NCBI RefSeq assembly: GCF_009914755.1 | Contig: NC_060928.1 | DNA: 64,000 bases | Source of the DNA: the human T2T-CHM13v2.0 reference genome, Homo sapiens | Reading direction: 5' to 3' (one strand) | In this document: positions 58,904 through 64,000 of the stretch, in pieces | How positions within the stretch are numbered: position 1 is the first letter of the stretch | Layout: every line of letters starts with the position of its first letter | Notes under the pieces: model-generated | Database searches by the model: none | Seen by the model: only the letters and a program-made list of their open reading frames with translations | What the model was told of the DNA's origin: nothing | Position numbers and translations under genes: made by a program

Positions 58904-59775
58904 ACATAAGCAAAAAGCAAAAAATCAATAACCTAAGCAATGGACAGAGGGTGTGGATGGTGTTTCTTCAAAGAGACACAAATGGGCAACAGATACATGA
59001 AAAGGTGTTCGTCGTGACTAATCATCAGGAAAATTCAAACAAAGACTACAATGAGATCACACTTCAAACCTATTATGATGGTCATTATCCAGAAAACAAA
59101 GAATAACAAGTGCTGGTGAGGTTGTGGAGGATTTGAGATCCTTTTAAACTGGTGGTAAGAATGTGAAATGGTGTAGTTGCTATGGAAAACAGTATGGTGG
59201 TTCCCCTAAAAATTAAAAATACGACTACCATATGATTCATTTCTGGATATTTATTGAAAAGTATTAAATTCAGTATCTCAAAGAGATATTTATACTCCCA
59301 TATTCATTGCAGCATTGCTCACAATAGCCAACACGTGGTAACAACCTAACTGTCCACCAATGAAAAAGTGGATACAAAGTGATATACACATAAAAACGGG
59401 TATTATTCATCTTTCAAAAGGAAGCAAATATTATTATATGTAATAATGTGGATAAACCTGGAGGACATTACACTAAGTGAAATAAGCCAGTCACGCAAGG
59501 ACAAGTAGTATATGATTACACTTATATGAGGAATCTAAGCTAGTCAAATTTACAGGAGCATAAAGTCTAAAGGTGGTTACCAGGATCTAAGGGCAGGGAT
59601 AAATGGAGAATTGCTTTTCAATGGGTATACAATTTTTCAGTTAAGCAAGATGAAAAAGGTCTAGAGATCTGCTGTACAATATTGTGCTTAAAGGTAACAT
59701 TACTGTAGTGGATACTTAAAAACTGGTTAAGAGGGTGCATCTCATGTTACATGTTCTTAAACACAATTTTTAAAA
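53546..59775 (+). mobile_element. Near full-length old L1 (L1MA10/L1MB1-like 3' end), all ORFs disabled
   Basis: 5' GGAGTGATGTCAGCA; ORF1 remnants ~54400-55210; EN, RT and C-domain remnants (TTCACAGACGACATG, FADD-equivalent, ~57689); 3'UTR TCTAGAGATCTGCTGTACAA...GTTAAGAGGGT. Confidence 0.9.
58864..58897. repeat. (AC)17 microsatellite
   Basis: Perfect run. Confidence 0.95.
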
Positions 59776-60198
59776 AGATATGAAATGCTAACTTCCAATA
59801 CCTATGAATGTTACTTTGTTAGGAAATAGAACCATTGTACATGTAATGAGATGAAGTCACATTGAGTAGGTTGAACCCTTAATTCAATTTGACTGGTAGC
59901 CTTATAAAAAGAGAAGAAGAAAAAAATTTAAAAAATTAAAAAATAAAAATAAATAAAAAGAGAAGAAGAGATACAGAGACAAAGAAATGCAAGAAGAAGA
60001 TGGCCATTTGATAAAGGCAGAGATTGGAGCGTTGTATCTATAAACCAAGAAATGCTAAGGCACATACCAGAAGCTAGAAGAGGCAAATAAAGATTCTCCC
60101 CTATTGGTTTCAAAGGGAGTATGACTTTGCTGATGCCTTAATTTTGGACTTCTAGCCTCTAAAACAGTGGAACAATAAATTTCTGTTGTTCTAAGACC
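59772..60198 (+). mobile_element. MLT1B/C-like LTR segment lacking both termini, followed by A19 (probable transduced sequence)
   Basis: AAAAGATATG...CCTATGAATGTTACTTTGTTAGGAAATAG through AATAAATTTCTGTTGTTCTAAGACC. Confidence 0.85.
60174..60179 (+). terminator. AATAAA poly(A) signal, 19 nt upstream of the genomic A19 tract
   Basis: MLT1 LTR signal; the A run starts at 60199. Confidence 0.75.
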
Positions 60199-60223
60199 AA
60201 AAAAAAAAAAAAAAAAACACAGA

Positions 60224-60950
60224 AACTTTAATATATCTTTGTTTCCTCTCCTCTTCTTTGTGCTATTATTGTTATACAAATTACATCTTTATATATTTTA
60301 GGTCCATCAACATATTTTCATAAATATTGCTGTATGAAGTTATATTTTAAAGCAGATAAAAGAACAGATTTACAAACAAGAAATATGTTTATACTATCTG
60401 TTATATTTAACCACATAATTTTCCCTTACTTGTGCTCTGCCCTTTATTTCCTCATGTGGATTTTAGTTACTGTGGATGCTGTGATCTTGTCAGCAGTTTG
60501 CTATTGCTTTTGGCAATGCCTTAGAAATAGAGCCTTTTTCACAGAGGTGATTGCTAAGTCAAATCAAATAGCCACAACACCTTGGGAACAGAGATTTTCC
60601 AGGTTGTTGCTAATTGGACAAAATATTTACTGTGCTCTGGGGATGGAGCTTTTAATGGAGCTCCAAAAGAGATTAATCCTGTCATTTGGCCACAAGACTG
60701 CTGATTTTCATGGCTACTGTGATAAAGAGCTGTAAACAGAAGGTACTGGGAACAGCCACAAGTTGAAATGCCACAGACCCTGCTATCTCATTGAGATTTG
60801 ACAGTGTGTCTTCGATAGGAGTGTTTCAGTTCAATCTGGTTATCTAGTTAACTTCTAGACTTCTGAAATGGTTGATTTTAGCTGTTTTGCTGGTATTGTT
60901 TTTTGTGGAAAGTCATTACCAAGACCCTCACTTGGCCGTTCTGGAGTCAA
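60224..60950 (-). mobile_element. Old L1MC/MD host element, right part (5' region)
   Basis: AACTTT...CTTTGTGCTATTATTGTTATACAAATTACATC continues the 53545 flank; later L1M 5'UTR-like TCTGGGGATGGAGCTTTT, TCTGAAATGGTTGATTTT. Confidence 0.7.
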
Positions 60951-60964
60951 CTTTGATGTCTACA

Positions 60965-62600
60965 TGTTTAAATTTTTATTTCAGAAATTTAAAACATACA
61001 TAAAAGTGAAGAGAAGTATATAAAAATGCACTCATTACACAGCTTCAATTTTTTTTTAACTATGGCTAGTTTTGCTTTAAGTATAACCCTATGAATTTCC
61101 CTTCACTCCTGGTTTTTTTTAAGCAAATGCCAGACACATATCATATCATTTATGACTATTTCAATACATAACATACAAAATAAAGGCTTTACAAACCACC
61201 ATTATTTAACCCTGCATTTTTATGGAATTAATAGTTAATATTTTCTAATTGTCTCATAATTTTTTTACAATCTCATATCAAGATTCATATAATATCTTTA
61301 TATATCAATTGATTAAGAGCTCTCTTAGGACTTTTATTGTATAGGCCTGCCTTCCAATACTGTGTTGTCTCTTTCAATTTATTTTATGAAAGATTGTCAT
61401 ACATTTATGTAGATTATTTTTCACAATCGGGACTTTGTAGACAGCAACCTCGTATTGCCATTAAATGTATGTTTATATTCCCTGTATTTCTCATAAGCTA
61501 AAGGTTAAATCTAGAAACTCTATCAAGTTTAGGCTCAAGAGTTTTGGCAAAAATGCTTCATAAGCTGTGTTGGGTATTTTCATCAAGTGTCACATAAGAC
61601 TGTCTGTTTCTGTGATTTTTGAAGTCATTGATATTCACCACGTAGATCTATTAATTTACTAGAGATTGCAAGATACTATTCTATTTATTCAATTTCTTTC
61701 CCATTTATAAGCTTGAATATATCTATAAGTAGACACTGCTGTAAGTTGAATGTGTCCCGCAACCCCCAATGTTACAGTGTTGGAAGGTGAGGCCAAGTGA
61801 AAATTGGGCCATGAGAGCTCTGGTTTCATGAATGAATTACTGCTCTTATCATGCGAGTGTGTTTCTTATCTTGGGAGGGGGTTCTTATAAAAGAAAGAGT
61901 TTGGTCCCCTTTTCTCTCTCTCTCATCCTCTCTTTGCCCTTCTTCTTTACACCATGTGAGGACACACCAAGAAGTCCCTGCACAAATACCAGCTCCTTGA
62001 TCTTGGCCTTCCCAGACTGCAGAGCTGTGAGGAAATAAATTTCTTTTCTCTATAAATAACCCAATGTCAGGTATTCTGTTATAACAGCACAAAACAGACT
62101 AAGAAACTTCCCTTAATCAACAAGTTAAGTAATCTGAGGTACGTTTTGTGAATGATAAAGAAATCCTGATACTTTCTTATTGTTGGCCAGTCTTAAAAAC
62201 AATGTGTGTTTTCCTAGTATTCACCAAATGTGACTAGCGCAGGTTTTTGTCGGTTTTTATGTTTGCTTTTGCTTTTGAGTATATTAGGGATTTTTGAATT
62301 AAATCTATTTGCTGTGTTTTAAATAATTATCCTACGTATTTAAATTATTTTGTCATTGGCTAGTGGGACCCCATCAACCTGGCTCCTAAACCATTTCGAT
62401 ATGATCTTAGGGTCTTTAATAACTTTCTTTCTTTTTGTCACGTGCTTTGATATCTACCATTTCTCCAAGGGTCTCTGTTTTTGTTTTGTTTGCTGTGTTT
62501 TGCTTTTTAAATGAATATGGTCTTCAGAGACTACAATATATATATTAATCAATGCCACCAGACTAGGCATTATTTATAGGACTTAAGAGATTGAAAATAA
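60965..62600 (-). mobile_element. L1MC4/5-type 3' end, split by an MST LTR
   Basis: AAAACATACATAAAAGTGAAGAGAA, AAGCAAATGCCAGACAC, TTGGCTAGTGGGACCCC. Confidence 0.6.
61737..62105 (+). mobile_element. MSTB-like MaLR solo LTR
   Basis: TGCTGTAAGTTGAATGTGTCCC...GGTATTCTGTTATAACAGCACAAAACAGACTAAGA. Confidence 0.85.
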
Positions 62601-62839
62601 AAAATATTTGAAATGAGATGTGTATGTATGTTTTGTTAAGAAAAAAAAATGCACAAGTTAAACAAAAAATGAGGCTATATTCAAGCCTACTGAAATAGGG
62701 AAGTATGAAGCCAGTTCACTAATAACCAACACCAGAGGAAGACTCCCACCACATGGAGGATAGCAAAAATCATCACTACGCCAACCACTAGGAATTAAAG
62801 TACTCTCACTTCCACACTTGTACTCACTGCATCCTGAAC

Positions 62840-63254
62840 TGCAATTTTACCAGTTGCCTAAATTTGGTAAAATCAAACACACTCACATGCACCGAGTTAT
62901 ATGAAGCAGATTTATTACTCACATATAAGCAGCAAGGGAAAAAACAAAAACAAAAACAAAAAAACGCAGGATCTATTGTGAGCTAGTCCCTCAAGGCTCA
63001 AGAAAGCTGTCTGAGGCAGATGGGATCCCAAAAGGCAACCTATGCCAGGTTTTATACCTTGGGGGCAAGAAGAATCACTGAGCAAATTTTGAAGAACCCA
63101 CTGCTTCCAGGGGAGAGAGGAAGGAAGCCCAGGCTGTCTGGGCAGTTCCCCTCTAACTCAAGTTGCTACACTCTTTAGAAGGGACAGAAACATAGTCCAG
63201 GCTGTTTCAGGCAGTTCCTCCCTATCTCAGAATATTGCATTCCAAGCACATTCT
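62840..63254 (-). mobile_element. ERVL-class LTR (MER88/LTR53/MER54-like), interrupted by L1PA3
   Basis: GATTTATTACTCAC (antisense AATAAA), GGTTTTATACC (antisense TATA), duplicated CCAGGCTGT..GGCAGTTCC. Confidence 0.55.
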
Positions 63255-64000
63255 TTTTTTTTTTTACTTTTGTTTTTTTATTATTATTATACTTTAAGTT
63301 TTAGGGTACATGTGCACAATGTGCAGGTTGGTTACATATATACATGTGCCATGCTGGTGTGCTGCACCCATTAAGTCCTCATTTAGCATTAGGTATATCT
63401 CCTAATGCTATCCCTCCCCCCTCCCCCGACCCCACAACAGGCCCCAGAGTGTGATGTTCCCCTTCCTGTGTCCATGTGTTCTCATTGTTCAATTCCCGTC
63501 TATGAGTGAGAACATGCGGTGTTTGGTTTTTTGTCCTTGCAATAGTTTACTGAGAATGATGATTTCCAATTTCATCCATGTCCCTACAAAGCACATGAAC
63601 TCATCATTTTTTATGGCTGCATAGTATTCCATGGTGTATATGTGCCACATTTTCTTAATCCAGTCTATCATTGTTGGACATTTAGGTAGGTTCCAAGTCT
63701 TTGGTATTGTGAATAGTGCTGCAATAAACATACGTGCGCATGTGTCTTTATAGCAGCATGATTTATAGTCCTTTGGGTATATACCCAGTAATGGGATGGC
63801 TGGGTCAAATGGTATTTCTAGTTCTATATGCCTGAGGAATCGCCACACTGACTTCCACAATGATTGAACTAGTTTACAGTTGCACCAACAGTGTAAAAGT
63901 GTTCCTATTTCTCCACATCCTCTCCAGCACCTGTTGTTTCCTGACTTTTTAATGTTCACCATTCTAACTGGTGTGAGATGGTATCTCATTGTGGTTTTGA
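63255..64000 (-). mobile_element. L1PA3-like 3' end (continues beyond the window)
   Basis: Open ORF2 C-terminus 63489-63989 with Cys-rich [18 protein letters not shown]; young-subfamily 3'UTR variants CATGCTGGTGTG and TTTAGCATTAGG; T-rich tail. Confidence 0.95.

Noticed and set aside
60334-60735. 133-aa plus-strand ORF
   Set aside because: It is antisense to an old L1M 5' region, spans an apparent deletion junction and has no recognisable domain.

Overview
AT-rich, L1/LTR-rich and Alu-poor (8 Alus in 64 kb) primate genomic DNA. The L1PA3-8 and AluY/S/J copies point to human or another hominoid. It looks like a gene desert or a large intron. I find no supportable host protein-coding gene, RNA gene, CpG island or CRISPR-like array, and no new multi-gene biological system. 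The ORF track is explained by decayed L1 ORF0/ORF1/ORF2, Alu or antisense-repeat frames, microsatellites and chance. The interest lies in retrotransposition and repair history that can be read from the sequence: (1) a probable ancient 3' transduction, in which a near full-length L1M carried an MLT1 LTR up to that LTR's poly(A) site; (2) two neighbouring L1PA6-like copies sharing a private frameshift and stop codon, suggesting gene conversion; (3) a 5'-intact L1PA6-like element with an in-frame ORF1/ORF2 deletion of the endonuclease and a still-open ORF0; (4) a tandem duplication that preserves that element's empty insertion site; (5) twin-priming, nested, poly(A)-only and fold-back insertions. 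Subfamily names come from consensus sequences recalled from memory and need Dfam/RepeatMasker confirmation. Boundaries of the older repeats are approximate.
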